Positions 8,196-17,937 of a stretch of 64,000 bases of DNA are shown in pieces. Made by a program: the position numbers and the translations under genes. Every line of letters begins with the position of its first letter. Positions within the stretch are counted from its first letter, which is position 1. The stretch covers positions 1-64,000 of the IMG/VR virus record IMGVR_UViG_3300011113_000265, one strand, 5' to 3'. Below the pieces are notes generated by a model that saw nothing but the letters and a program-made list of their open reading frames with translations, did not search any database and was not told the origin of the DNA. Source of the DNA: a virus. Lineage: Duplodnaviria; Caudoviricetes.

Positions 8196-8375
8196 TTAAG
8201 CCTTCCACTCAATTGCTTTGGCTATTTCGGCAGGTATTGCTAACACCTCACCCTCAACCAATGGCTCTGCCGTTTTAACAAAGGCTTGCAAAATAAATCC
8301 TTGCACTGTCTTTGTAATTAAAGCCCAATTTTGGCCTTTTGAGGTAACGCCAACCTTTAAAATTGTGATTTCCAT
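8196..8375 (-). CDS. 59-aa hypothetical protein, first gene of the leftward block (absent from the ORF track)
   Basis: Translated by hand: MEITILKVGVTSKGQNWALITKTVQGFILQAFVKTAEPLVEGEVLAIPAEIAKAIEWKA*. AT-rich leader and a downstream hairpin. Confidence 0.75.
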   Translation of the reverse strand: MEITILKVGVTSKGQNWALITKTVQGFILQAFVKTAEPLVEGEVLAIPAEIAKAIEWKA

Positions 8376-8486
8376 TTTTTCTTGTTTTAATGGATTAATA
8401 TTATATCCTTACTATCAGGGGGTAAGGTTTCCCGCAATATTTTAGGTGCGTGGGCTAGAGAGAGGAGGTCCTCCCACATATATCCT

Positions 8487-8545
8487 CAAAACAATTTTTA
8501 AAATTTTCTAAAAAATTTTCTAAAAAAATTTTATTTTTTAAATTA
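8487..8545. repeat. Phased A/T-tract array
   Basis: aaaacaatttttaaaattttctaaaaaattttctaaaaaaattttatttttt, period about 10-13 bp. Confidence 0.65.
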
Positions 8546-8588
8546 CATTTAGCTATTTATTGCTTAACATTCTTTAACAATAAATCAC

Positions 8589-8616
8589 TTGACTTTTTAA
8601 TATTATGATATATATT
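8589..8616 (+). promoter_or_regulatory. Candidate rightward promoter
   Basis: TTGACT-N16-TATATT directly upstream of the structured non-coding segment. Confidence 0.4.
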
Positions 8617-8619
8617 GTA

Positions 8620-8925
8620 CACGTATCATAATTAGTAAGGTAATGGCTTACGAATTATACCAGTGAATACTAATAAGTAGGATCTTAGAAGTTGGATAGT
8701 AATCCGCAGCCTTGAGATAATAGGTAAACATAGCAGATGAGGTTTCTCCAATAGGTACACAAGGACTTGAGTAAAGTAAGGTATGGCACTCTAGGGTAAA
8801 AAACAACAGTAGTAGAGATACTCCCCTAATGGTTATGATTGAGTGTGTAGGCTAAAAACGGATACTTGAAATAAAACTTAAGTCTGAATAATTTAAATTA
8901 CTAGGGGTAAGTGTGTCTTATTCTG
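8620..8925 (+). ncRNA. Candidate ~300-nt structured, pseudoknotted RNA
   Basis: No ORF in the track, G-rich, about seven helices found by eye with many G-U pairs (see findings). Confidence 0.55.
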
Positions 8926-8964
8926 AAGTAGTATATAAGAGTATTAATATTCTAACTTAGGGAA

Positions 8965-9348
8965 ATGAAAATAGAAATTAATAATACTCGTGATAAGATT
9001 ATAGAGCAATACTATACTCTTGTTAATCCTTTATTAGGTAAGGATAAATTGGGTCCTGTTGAGATTAAAGTCTTGAGTAAAATGGCTTTAATATATAATA
9101 CGTATCAACATCTAGGAGAAGAAGCTGCAAATCTTCTATTATTCCATACACAAAGTAGAAAACAAATTAGAGAGGCTGTTGCTAAAGACTTACAAAGTGC
9201 TTTTAGTAGGAATAGTCATGAAGCTATTTTATCTCGTCTTAGGAAGAAGAATTTAATTACTAAGAATAAGATATTATATTTACCTCCTATTAAGGATGGT
9301 AAGGTTAGTGTAGATATTAAACTTAATATTGTTAATGTAGATGAGTAA
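8965..9348 (+). CDS. Hypothetical protein, possible winged-helix DNA-binding protein
   Basis: 127 aa; ILSRLRKKNLI helix followed by beta strands. Confidence 0.6.
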   Translation: MKIEINNTRDKIIEQYYTLVNPLLGKDKLGPVEIKVLSKMALIYNTYQHLGEEAANLLLFHTQSRKQIREAVAKDLQSAFSRNSHEAILSRLRKKNLITKNKILYLPPIKDGKVSVDIKLNIVNVDE

Positions 9349-9589
9349 TAAGTTTATTGAGTCTATTATTAAGGAAGTAGCTGAAGAAGAAGGTTTACCT
9401 GAATATGTTGTAGAAGAAATCTACGATTCTCCTTTTAAGTTTATGAAAGAAAATACTAAAAGATTTGCTAGTTGGAAAATATATTTAGTAAATGGATTAG
9501 GTAAGTTTATGCCTTACAATACTATTCTTAATAAGGTTAAGAATGGTGAGCATATTAATAATGTTAAAAAATTAGATTATGAAGAATAA
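9341..9589 (+). CDS. HU/IHF-like DNA-binding protein
   Basis: IIKEVAEEEGLPEYVVEEIYD ... IYLVNGLGKF pattern. Confidence 0.65.
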   Translation: MSNKFIESIIKEVAEEEGLPEYVVEEIYDSPFKFMKENTKRFASWKIYLVNGLGKFMPYNTILNKVKNGEHINNVKKLDYEE

Positions 9590-10004
9590 ATCAATTGATA
9601 TTGATAAGCAAGATAATAAGTTAGTTATATCTGTTTATCCTAAGTTTTATAAAGATGAACAAGTAAATACCGTAACTCCCACTGTAATTACTTTAGATAG
9701 TAATAAGATTAAGGTTACTATGGATTTTGATATTAATATAACTAATAATGAGTACGATGAGATATTAGGTATAGATACTAAGAAAGATGAGAATTATCTT
9801 AATAAAGGTACTTGGATTAGTAAGAAACATTTTGTTACTAATATATCTAGTGTTGTAAATAGACTTGAGTTAGAAAATGATGAAGTTGATTTAGAATACG
9901 TAGTACAAATTACTACTTATGGTAATATAATTAATATTAGAACTAAGAATGAAGAGATACAAGATCAATTATTAACTTTATTAGAAGAGTGGTACAATGA
10001 GTAA
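9579..10004 (+). CDS. Hypothetical protein
   Basis: 141-aa ORF in an overlapping operon. Confidence 0.7.
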   Translation: MKNKSIDIDKQDNKLVISVYPKFYKDEQVNTVTPTVITLDSNKIKVTMDFDINITNNEYDEILGIDTKKDENYLNKGTWISKKHFVTNISSVVNRLELENDEVDLEYVVQITTYGNIINIRTKNEEIQDQLLTLLEEWYNE

Positions 10005-10290
10005 TTATACTGAAATAATTGAAGGTTGGAATAATTATATATTCCCTAATAAGAAGGTAGAATATATTGCTAAGACTAGAGCTTTAATTTGTGCTGAATG
10101 TCCTTTATATAGTATAGGGATATGTAATCCTTTAAAGAAGGGTAAGGTAGTTAAGGATTTTACTTATAAGAATTCAATAAGAAAAAAAGGTGAAGAGTAT
10201 CCTGGTTGTGGATGTCCTATAGCTACTAAAACTAGAAGCTTAAGTAGTAAATGTCCATTAGGTAAATTTTTAGATCAAAGTATAGATTAA
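9997..10290 (+). CDS. Cys-rich putative Zn-binding protein
   Basis: RxxICxxCP ... C ... GCGC ... CPLGK. Confidence 0.7.
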   Translation: MSNYTEIIEGWNNYIFPNKKVEYIAKTRALICAECPLYSIGICNPLKKGKVVKDFTYKNSIRKKGEEYPGCGCPIATKTRSLSSKCPLGKFLDQSID

Positions 10291-10309
10291 TAATAAATAA
10301 ACAATAAGA

Positions 10310-10645
10310 ATGAAACAAGAAAATGAATTGAAAGGTATTACTCCTTTAAATGGAACAGTGATTTTAGAAATGCCTACTAAGACTGCAAGTGGTATTTTAT
10401 TGAATACTGATGTTAACAAGTATCAAGGTGTATTTAGAGTAGTAGCTGTAGCTTCTGATGTAGAAGGTATTAAAGTAGGTGATTTTGTATTAGGAGCTGG
10501 TAGTGTTATGCCTTTAACTGTTAAACAAAACGATATTAAAACTGAATATGCTCAAGTATATAAGTCTGCTATCTATACTATTGTAGATAAGGAACTAGTA
10601 GAAGATGCTTACTTTGGTACTATTGAATCAGGTCACAATGATTAA
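10310..10645 (+). CDS. groES: GroES-like co-chaperonin
   Basis: PLNGTVIL, KTASGILL mobile loop, VVAVA, IKVGDFVL. Confidence 0.75.
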   Translation: MKQENELKGITPLNGTVILEMPTKTASGILLNTDVNKYQGVFRVVAVASDVEGIKVGDFVLGAGSVMPLTVKQNDIKTEYAQVYKSAIYTIVDKELVEDAYFGTIESGHND

Positions 10646-10647
10646 TT

Positions 10648-11169
10648 ATGAGAATCTTTCAACAAAAAGATAACAATATAATTGTTTCTCCAGAAGTACT
10701 AACTATTCCAGAGTTTAGTGCAATATGGAAAGCAGATAAAACAAAAGATAAGGTAGAGGCTTTTAAAGCCTTTACCTATATCTATCATACTGTAGATTAT
10801 AACTCTCCTTATAGTAACTATCCTAAAGATAAAAAGGATGAATCTATTAAGCAAGATATGCTTGGTGATCCTGAATATAAAGTAAGTGATAAAGTTACTA
10901 AGGCATTAACTAAGTATAAACAGTTACAAGAAACTCCTTTACAAAGGTTAATGCAAGCTGCTAAGAATAAAATAGATGATATAGCAACTTATTTAGAAAC
11001 TACTAGTGTTGATGATGAATCAATTAAACTAGTGTTAGAGGTATATAAAAATATATCAACTGCTGTAAGTAATTTTGATAAGTTACAACAAGCTGTTGAG
11101 AAAGAGGTAGAAAAACAATCTTCAAGAAACCGTGGTGATATACAAGTTAATAGTGAATATAATGAATAG
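10648..11169 (+). CDS. Helical protein upstream of terminase, possible small terminase
   Basis: 173 aa; function inferred from position only. Confidence 0.5.
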   Translation: MRIFQQKDNNIIVSPEVLTIPEFSAIWKADKTKDKVEAFKAFTYIYHTVDYNSPYSNYPKDKKDESIKQDMLGDPEYKVSDKVTKALTKYKQLQETPLQRLMQAAKNKIDDIATYLETTSVDDESIKLVLEVYKNISTAVSNFDKLQQAVEKEVEKQSSRNRGDIQVNSEYNE

Positions 11170-11226
11170 ACTTAGATATAAGTCTAAGAAAATTAAACGA
11201 AGTAAACATTTTGAATCTGAATACGG

Positions 11227-13221
11227 ATGCTAATAGGAACTAATCAATTTCTTGAAACTAGACAATTCTTTGAAAAGCATGATATGTATACTAAGGCTTT
11301 ACCTGGTACTTATCAGTATAAAGAGTTTTGGGATGAACAAGTAAAAAGATGTATAGAAGGGTATAAGATAGGTGATCTATATATACCTGGACCATATTAC
11401 TTTTATTTAAACTTCTTTCCAATCCTAGGTAAAGATGAAGTTACTGGTAGAAAGAAAAAAGTATTTTCTAAATTTACTGATGTCGACTTAGAGTATTTTC
11501 TTATATTAGAAGAAGCTAGAAAACAAAAGAAAGGTGTTATTATGACTAAACCTAGACGTACAGGTTTTTCTTATAAGAATGCTGCTGTAGTAGTCCATGA
11601 ATATAACTTCTATAGGGATGCTAAATGTGTTATTGGAGGTTATGAAAAGAAGTATTCTGAAAATACAATGAATATGGCTTTAGAAGGATTAAACTTTCTT
11701 GGTAAGAATACTGTATGGTTTAAACCACGTAATCCTGATACTAAAGAACATGTTATGGCTAGACATCAAAAAGTAATTGATGGCGTACCACAATGGGTAG
11801 GCTATAATTCAGAGATTAGACGTTTAACATTCCAAGATAATCCCTTCTCCTCAATTGGTTTAAGTGCTAACATATTCCTATTTGAAGAAGCTGGTCTATT
11901 TGCTAATATTAAGGAGTCTTATAATATATCTGAACCTACTTGGAAAGATGGTGATGATATGATTGGATTACCTATTTTATTTGGTACAGCTGGTGATATG
12001 GATAAAGGCTCTTTACAGTTCTCTGAGATGTTTTATAATCCTGAAAAGTTTAATCTATTAGCTTTTGATAATATTTGGGATAAAGAAAAGATTGGTACTA
12101 AATGTGGTTGGTTCTTACCTGCTAGTAAACAAAGGTTTGGTAATTATCCTGATCCTAATAACAACAATAAGTTAACTCCTATGATAGATGAAGATGGTAA
12201 CTCTAATCAAGAGTTAGCTACTTTATCTGTACTAAAGAATAGAGAGAGTAAGAAAGGTGATATGAAAGCCTATAGAGATAGTATTACCCAGTACCCTCTT
12301 ACTACCATGGAAGCATTCCTAGTTAGAGGTAATAACATATTTCCTACTGAGTTAGCTCAAGATAGATTAGCTGAGTTAGAATCTAATAAGATAATTACTG
12401 ATTCTTATTGGTCAGCTGATTTAAAACAAACTGAAACTGGTGTAGAATTTAAATTAACTGATAAATTACCTATATCAAAGTTTCCTTTACAAGCTGATGA
12501 TGATAAAGAAGGTTGTATACAAATCTTTGAACAACCGTATACTGATAAACCTGTCCATGGTATGTATATTGCTGGTATTGACCCTTATGATGATGATCAG
12601 TCTAGTACTGATTCATTAGGTAGTATATTTATTATGCATTCCTTAACAAGTAGAATAGTAGCTGAATATACAGGTAGACCACAGACTGCTAAAGAGTTTT
12701 TTGAGATTTGTAGGAAGCTAATGGTATATTATAATGCTGTTGGTAACTATGAAAACAATAAAAAAGGTCTATTTGCTTACTTTGAGCAAAGAAATTGCTT
12801 ACATTTACTCTGTAATACACCTAAAATACTTAAAGATCAACAAATTATTACTATTATAAGAGATTCTGGTAACACTAGTAAAGGTACTAATGCTTCTAAA
12901 GAGGTAAATAAGTACGCTAGACAGCTAATTAGAAGCTATATGCTTGATCAAGCTTACAATAAAGAGGGTGGAATTACAAATACACACACAATTCCTAGTA
13001 TTCCACTACTAAAAGAGATAATTTATTGGAATGAAAATGGTAATTTTGATAGAGTTAGTAGTTTAGGTATGCTTTTAATACTTAAAGAAGACAGGATTAA
13101 ACTAATTGTTGAAGAAGAGGAGGAAGAAGAGGATAAATTTAGGTCTTTTTTTAATAGATATACCAATACAAACAATAGCTATATACCCAGTGGAATAACT
13201 TTTGGACATGAATACCGATAA
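11227..13221 (+). CDS. terL: Terminase large subunit
   Basis: Walker A-like KPRRTGFS, Walker B FLFEEAG, motif III FGTAG, nuclease IAGIDPYD, C-terminal NFDRV. Confidence 0.95.
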   Translation: MLIGTNQFLETRQFFEKHDMYTKALPGTYQYKEFWDEQVKRCIEGYKIGDLYIPGPYYFYLNFFPILGKDEVTGRKKKVFSKFTDVDLEYFLILEEARKQKKGVIMTKPRRTGFSYKNAAVVVHEYNFYRDAKCVIGGYEKKYSENTMNMALEGLNFLGKNTVWFKPRNPDTKEHVMARHQKVIDGVPQWVGYNSEIRRLTFQDNPFSSIGLSANIFLFEEAGLFANIKESYNISEPTWKDGDDMIGLPILFGTAGDMDKGSLQFSEMFYNPEKFNLLAFDNIWDKEKIGTKCGWFLPASKQRFGNYPDPNNNNKLTPMIDEDGNSNQELATLSVLKNRESKKGDMKAYRDSITQYPLTTMEAFLVRGNNIFPTELAQDRLAELESNKIITDSYWSADLKQTETGVEFKLTDKLPISKFPLQADDDKEGCIQIFEQPYTDKPVHGMYIAGIDPYDDDQSSTDSLGSIFIMHSLTSRIVAEYTGRPQTAKEFFEICRKLMVYYNAVGNYENNKKGLFAYFEQRNCLHLLCNTPKILKDQQIITIIRDSGNTSKGTNASKEVNKYARQLIRSYMLDQAYNKEGGITNTHTIPSIPLLKEIIYWNENGNFDRVSSLGMLLILKEDRIKLIVEEEEEEEDKFRSFFNRYTNTNNSYIPSGITFGHEYR

Positions 13222-13253
13222 TTATATATAAGTAATACATTACAATTTTTCAT

Positions 13254-15824
13254 ATGAACAAATTCAACTTAAATATTACTTTTCCTAACCAGAAACTACC
13301 AGAATCATCTAAAAATGAGGAATGGCGTAAGCAAAATGTAGATGCTGCTGAAACTTTGATATTGAATCAAAACCAATATACAAGAAATTCTAGGTATTCT
13401 AAGCTGGTTAACTACGATTTATATGCAGGTAAGCTCCATCCTAGTGATATGGAACTTATTATGAATCCTTTGGGGTTAAAAGATGTACATTTTCCTGCAA
13501 GACCTTTAAATCACTCTATTATTAATCCTTATATTAAGACTTTAATAGGTGAGGAGATTAAAAGAAGGTTTGATTACCATCTTAAAGTTAATAATGAAGA
13601 TGCTATTAGTGAAAAAGAGAAAGCTCAAATACAATCTTATCAACAATTAATTGAGCAAATATTACTTGAAGGTTTAGAACAACCTCAAGAGCAAACTGAA
13701 GAAGCTAAAGCTGCTTTTGAAGCTGAAGTTGAGAAAAGACTTAGACAAAAGAAACAATACATGACCTATGAGTGGCAAGATGTTAGAGAAATTGCTGGTA
13801 CTAGGTTATTAAAATATTATACACAAAAGAATAACTTACCTGATGCCTTTATGAGAGGGTTTGAGGATAGTTTAATTTGTGCTGAAGAAATCTATAGAAT
13901 AGATGTAGAGAACAACGAACCTGTTGTTTATAAATGTAATCCTCTTAATACTTATTTCTTACTACCTCCTAACTCTAATAAAGTAGAGGACTGTGATATT
14001 ATTATTGAGGAGGATTATGTACCTGTTAGTAAGATTATAGATGATTATTATGAGTATCTTAAACCATCTGAAATAGATTGGTTAGGTGAACGTACTATGT
14101 ATAAAGCTAAAGGTACTTACGGTGGACCTGTTAACTACGAGTTACAAGATCCTACCTTTGCAATACCTTTTGGTTTTACTAATAGTATTAATATTAATCA
14201 AGTAAATGTATCTGCTAATAGTTATCTTGCATTTGATTCACAAAACAATGTAAGACGTGTTAAAGTTGTATGGAGAAGTCTTAAGAAAGTAGGTATACTA
14301 TCTTATATAGATGAGTTAGGACAACCTCAAGAAACTTATGTACCTGAAACATATAAGGTAAATAAAGAAGCTGGAGAATCAGTTAAATGGATTTGGATTG
14401 GTGAGTGGTGGGAAGGTACTAAACTTGCTAATGAGATCTATATTAAGATGCAACCTAGACCAATCCAGTTTAGAACTTTAAATAACTTATCTAAATGTGC
14501 TAGTGGATATGTTGGTACTATTTACAAAACTAATAGTTCTCAACCTCAATCTCTATTAGACATTATGAAGTCTTATCAATACTTATATAATGTTATTTAT
14601 CATAGAACTCAATTAGCTTTTGCTAAGAATATTGGTAAAGTAGCTAACTTAGATTTAGCTAAAATGCCTGCTGGTTGGGAACCTGATAAGTGGTTATACT
14701 ATATGAGGGAGATGGGATTAGCTGTAACTGATAGTTTTAATGAAGCTAAGAAAGGAGCTGCTACTGGTAAGTTAGCTGGTAATATGTCTAGTAATCAAGC
14801 TGTGTTAGATTTGGATATGGGTAACTATATTCAACAACATATTGAGATGTTACAATATATTAAAAGTGAACTAGATTTAGTAACTGGTATTACTCCACAA
14901 AGACGTGGACAATATACTTCCGCTGATCAAGGTTTAGGTGTAACTCAAGAAAATAAGTTAGCTAGTAGTAATATTACAGAGTGGTATTATAAAGTACATG
15001 ATAATACTAAAGTTAGAGTATTATCCCACTTACTAGAAACAGCTAAATACTGTTTACGTAATGGTAATAAGAATATCCAATATATAGAGGATGATTATAC
15101 TACTAAGATATATCAAATTGATGGAGAGATTGTAAATGAATCAGAATACGATTTATTTATTAGAGATGCTGTAGAAGATGGACAAGCTATTGAAATGTTA
15201 CGTAGAGCTACAGAAATAGGTTTACAGACTGGTCAAGTTAATATTATCCAATTGATGGATATCTATAGTAATCAATCATTAGCTTCTATTAGAAGAAAGA
15301 TTGAGAGATCTGTAGCTGAAGCACAAGAACAAGCTCAACAAGCTCAAGAAATGCAATTACAACAGCAAAAGGCTATTGAAGATCAAAAAGCTCAAATTGA
15401 AATGGAAAAGCTTAGACTTAAGCAATATGAAATTGATCAAAACAATCAGACTAAAATTGCTATTGCTGAGATGCAAGCTTATGCTATGGATGAAGGATCT
15501 TCTCCAGAGTTAATTGATAGAACTGCAGAATTTGCATTTAAACAACAAGAGATATCTCAAAAAGCATTTAATGAGCAAGAAAAACTTAGACATGCTAAAG
15601 AAGTAAAAGATAAAGAACTTGATCTTAAGCGTAGAGAACTTGAAGAAAGAATGAAAATTGAGAATAAGAAACTAGAGCAAATTGAAGTACAAAATAAAAA
15701 CCAAGAGTACTTAAAAGAGCTTGATGTTAAGATGAAGAAAGAAGAACTTAACGCTAAGAAAGAGATTGAAAAAATAAAACTACAAGCAGCTAAATCTAAA
15801 GCTAGATCTTCAACTAAAAAGTAA
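13254..15824 (+). CDS. Portal protein (crAss-like)
   Basis: 856 aa directly after TerL; GITPQRRG motif and long C-terminal coiled coil. Confidence 0.9.
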   Translation: MNKFNLNITFPNQKLPESSKNEEWRKQNVDAAETLILNQNQYTRNSRYSKLVNYDLYAGKLHPSDMELIMNPLGLKDVHFPARPLNHSIINPYIKTLIGEEIKRRFDYHLKVNNEDAISEKEKAQIQSYQQLIEQILLEGLEQPQEQTEEAKAAFEAEVEKRLRQKKQYMTYEWQDVREIAGTRLLKYYTQKNNLPDAFMRGFEDSLICAEEIYRIDVENNEPVVYKCNPLNTYFLLPPNSNKVEDCDIIIEEDYVPVSKIIDDYYEYLKPSEIDWLGERTMYKAKGTYGGPVNYELQDPTFAIPFGFTNSININQVNVSANSYLAFDSQNNVRRVKVVWRSLKKVGILSYIDELGQPQETYVPETYKVNKEAGESVKWIWIGEWWEGTKLANEIYIKMQPRPIQFRTLNNLSKCASGYVGTIYKTNSSQPQSLLDIMKSYQYLYNVIYHRTQLAFAKNIGKVANLDLAKMPAGWEPDKWLYYMREMGLAVTDSFNEAKKGAATGKLAGNMSSNQAVLDLDMGNYIQQHIEMLQYIKSELDLVTGITPQRRGQYTSADQGLGVTQENKLASSNITEWYYKVHDNTKVRVLSHLLETAKYCLRNGNKNIQYIEDDYTTKIYQIDGEIVNESEYDLFIRDAVEDGQAIEMLRRATEIGLQTGQVNIIQLMDIYSNQSLASIRRKIERSVAEAQEQAQQAQEMQLQQQKAIEDQKAQIEMEKLRLKQYEIDQNNQTKIAIAEMQAYAMDEGSSPELIDRTAEFAFKQQEISQKAFNEQEKLRHAKEVKDKELDLKRRELEERMKIENKKLEQIEVQNKNQEYLKELDVKMKKEELNAKKEIEKIKLQAAKSKARSSTKK

Positions 15825-15825
15825 T

Positions 15826-17565
15826 ATGTTACTAAACAATAAGCATTATTATAATCTACCTCCAGAAGAAAGAAAGAACTTGTGGAAACACTATAAGAAA
15901 GTATATCCTAATATGGGATATACTGATATGGTTAAACATTTTAATGGTGAAGTAGAGAACTATCAATTTGGTGGTAGAACTGATTATTTTGATAGTGATG
16001 TTAAGAAGTTTGTTGATGGTGGTAAAACAAATACTTTAGAAGGTGATTTAATTTCTAAAGTAATTATGAATAGAAATAAAGATAAAGATTTTGTTAAAAG
16101 AGCTTATGCTGTTGGACAATATCCAGAATCAAAAATGTTTACATTACCTGATCCTGATGAATTTAATTCACGTATGACTCATAAAATGAGTTGGGGAGAA
16201 GATGATAAAGGACAAGCTTATATGTTTCCTGAAATAATGAATCCTAATAATGAGGCAATTAAAATACCTAATCAATACGCAGATTATATTACTAGTGAAG
16301 GTTATAAAAAAGTTACAAATATTCCAATTAAAAAATCTAAAGGTGGTTTAATTAAAAAATATGAAGATGGTGGTACAGATAAACCTAAAGTAAACTCTAA
16401 AATACTTAGTGGATTATCAACTAACATACCAAAAAATAGACTTGAAGCTGAAAGTAGAGAAGAATATAAAAGAATGCATCCTGAAATAGAAGCAGCAAAC
16501 TTTTATAATAAGATACAAAAAAATATAGAACAAACTTCTGAAATATATCAAACTGGTTCTAAAAAAGGTAGACCTACAGGTAAAGGTGCTTTAGAACCAT
16601 CTTATCCTGAAATGATGTTAATGCCAGGTAGTTTACCTATTAAAGCTGCTAGCAAATTAGGTAAAGCTGCTGTATTTGCTGCTGAAACATTAAATCCTAT
16701 TGGAGGTATGAAAGAAATTATTAAACCTAAAGTTTTAAAAACTATTAATAATATTAAAAAAATAAAAACTAAAACTGATGATTTTATTTATGAAACTAAA
16801 TATAAAAAACAAATTGAAAGCATACCAAAAATAAAATATCAATTAATTCAAGAAATTAATACACCTGAAGGATACAAAAGATTGCGAAAACAAGGAATAG
16901 ATCCTAAATCTTTTATAGATCAATTAAATAATACACCTGTTACAACAAAAAGAAATCAAGGAAGTTGGGATGATAGTATGTCAATTAATATTGATTTTAA
17001 TCAATTAGCAGATTTAAAAAAACAAGGTTATAATATAAGTACAGAATCAGTTTTAGATCATGAAATAGCACATAGAATGCAAAGAGGATTTAATTCTAAA
17101 GCTGTTAAAAAATATAATGAAGCTGTTAAAGAACATAATGAAAGAATAAAAATTTTAAATAGAAATTCTTTATATAAAAGACCTAAAATTGATGAAGTTC
17201 CTTCATATATTGTTTATTCTACTCCATTAGATAAAAAAAGCGCAGAATTACTTTTACCTGTAACAAAAAATATGAAACAAAAAGATGCTGACTATTTTTT
17301 TGAAGGAACTGAATATAAAGAAAGATTACCTTTTCTTAGAGAAACTAAAAGAGAGATGAAAACTAAAGGTTATATAAATAGTATTTATGATGAAATAACT
17401 CCTGAAATAACTAAAAAATTTTTAAATGAAAATCCAGGAAATAGATTTGCTAAATTTTTAGAAATAAATCAACCTTTAACACACAATAGACTTAGTTCAT
17501 TATTAAATAAAACTCCTATTGTAGCAGGAGCAACTGTAGTTACAAATAAATTAAATGAAAAATAA
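15826..17565 (+). CDS. Modular virion-associated protein with KxxxGG motifs and a C-terminal HExxH metallopeptidase-like domain
   Basis: NYQFGG, KFVDGG, KKSKGG, KYEDGG; VLDHEIAHRMQ. Confidence 0.65.
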   Translation: MLLNNKHYYNLPPEERKNLWKHYKKVYPNMGYTDMVKHFNGEVENYQFGGRTDYFDSDVKKFVDGGKTNTLEGDLISKVIMNRNKDKDFVKRAYAVGQYPESKMFTLPDPDEFNSRMTHKMSWGEDDKGQAYMFPEIMNPNNEAIKIPNQYADYITSEGYKKVTNIPIKKSKGGLIKKYEDGGTDKPKVNSKILSGLSTNIPKNRLEAESREEYKRMHPEIEAANFYNKIQKNIEQTSEIYQTGSKKGRPTGKGALEPSYPEMMLMPGSLPIKAASKLGKAAVFAAETLNPIGGMKEIIKPKVLKTINNIKKIKTKTDDFIYETKYKKQIESIPKIKYQLIQEINTPEGYKRLRKQGIDPKSFIDQLNNTPVTTKRNQGSWDDSMSINIDFNQLADLKKQGYNISTESVLDHEIAHRMQRGFNSKAVKKYNEAVKEHNERIKILNRNSLYKRPKIDEVPSYIVYSTPLDKKSAELLLPVTKNMKQKDADYFFEGTEYKERLPFLRETKREMKTKGYINSIYDEITPEITKKFLNENPGNRFAKFLEINQPLTHNRLSSLLNKTPIVAGATVVTNKLNEK

Positions 17566-17859
17566 ATGATAAACAACTTTAACATATTTGGACAACTTAT
17601 TAAGATAGAAAGTCGTAAATCTTTATATAAAAAGAAGTGTTTAGGTATGTGGTTATCTAATGAAAATAAAATTCTTGTACAAGAAAATACTGATAAGTAT
17701 CCTGTTAATGAAGATATAATTAATCAAACTACTTGTCATGAAATTATACATGCTTGGTTAGATAAATGTAATTATCACAAGCTTTCTGATGATGAACAAT
17801 TAGTTGATTTACTAGGTAGTTGCTTGCATGAATTCTTAACTTCACAAAGTAAAAACTAG
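17566..17859 (+). CDS. Small Zn-metallopeptidase-like protein
   Basis: TTCHEIIHAWL ... DEQLV. Confidence 0.65.
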   Translation: MINNFNIFGQLIKIESRKSLYKKKCLGMWLSNENKILVQENTDKYPVNEDIINQTTCHEIIHAWLDKCNYHKLSDDEQLVDLLGSCLHEFLTSQSKN

Positions 17860-17937
17860 ATATTAAGCTATTAACAGAAAAAATATAAAATAAATAATTA
17901 TAATACAAATTATAAATAAACTAATATATTAACTAAC

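Noticed and set aside
8218-8445. Plus-strand 75-aa ORF in the track
   Set aside because: It is the antisense shadow of the 59-aa minus-strand gene 8196..8375, which has a better start context and a downstream hairpin.
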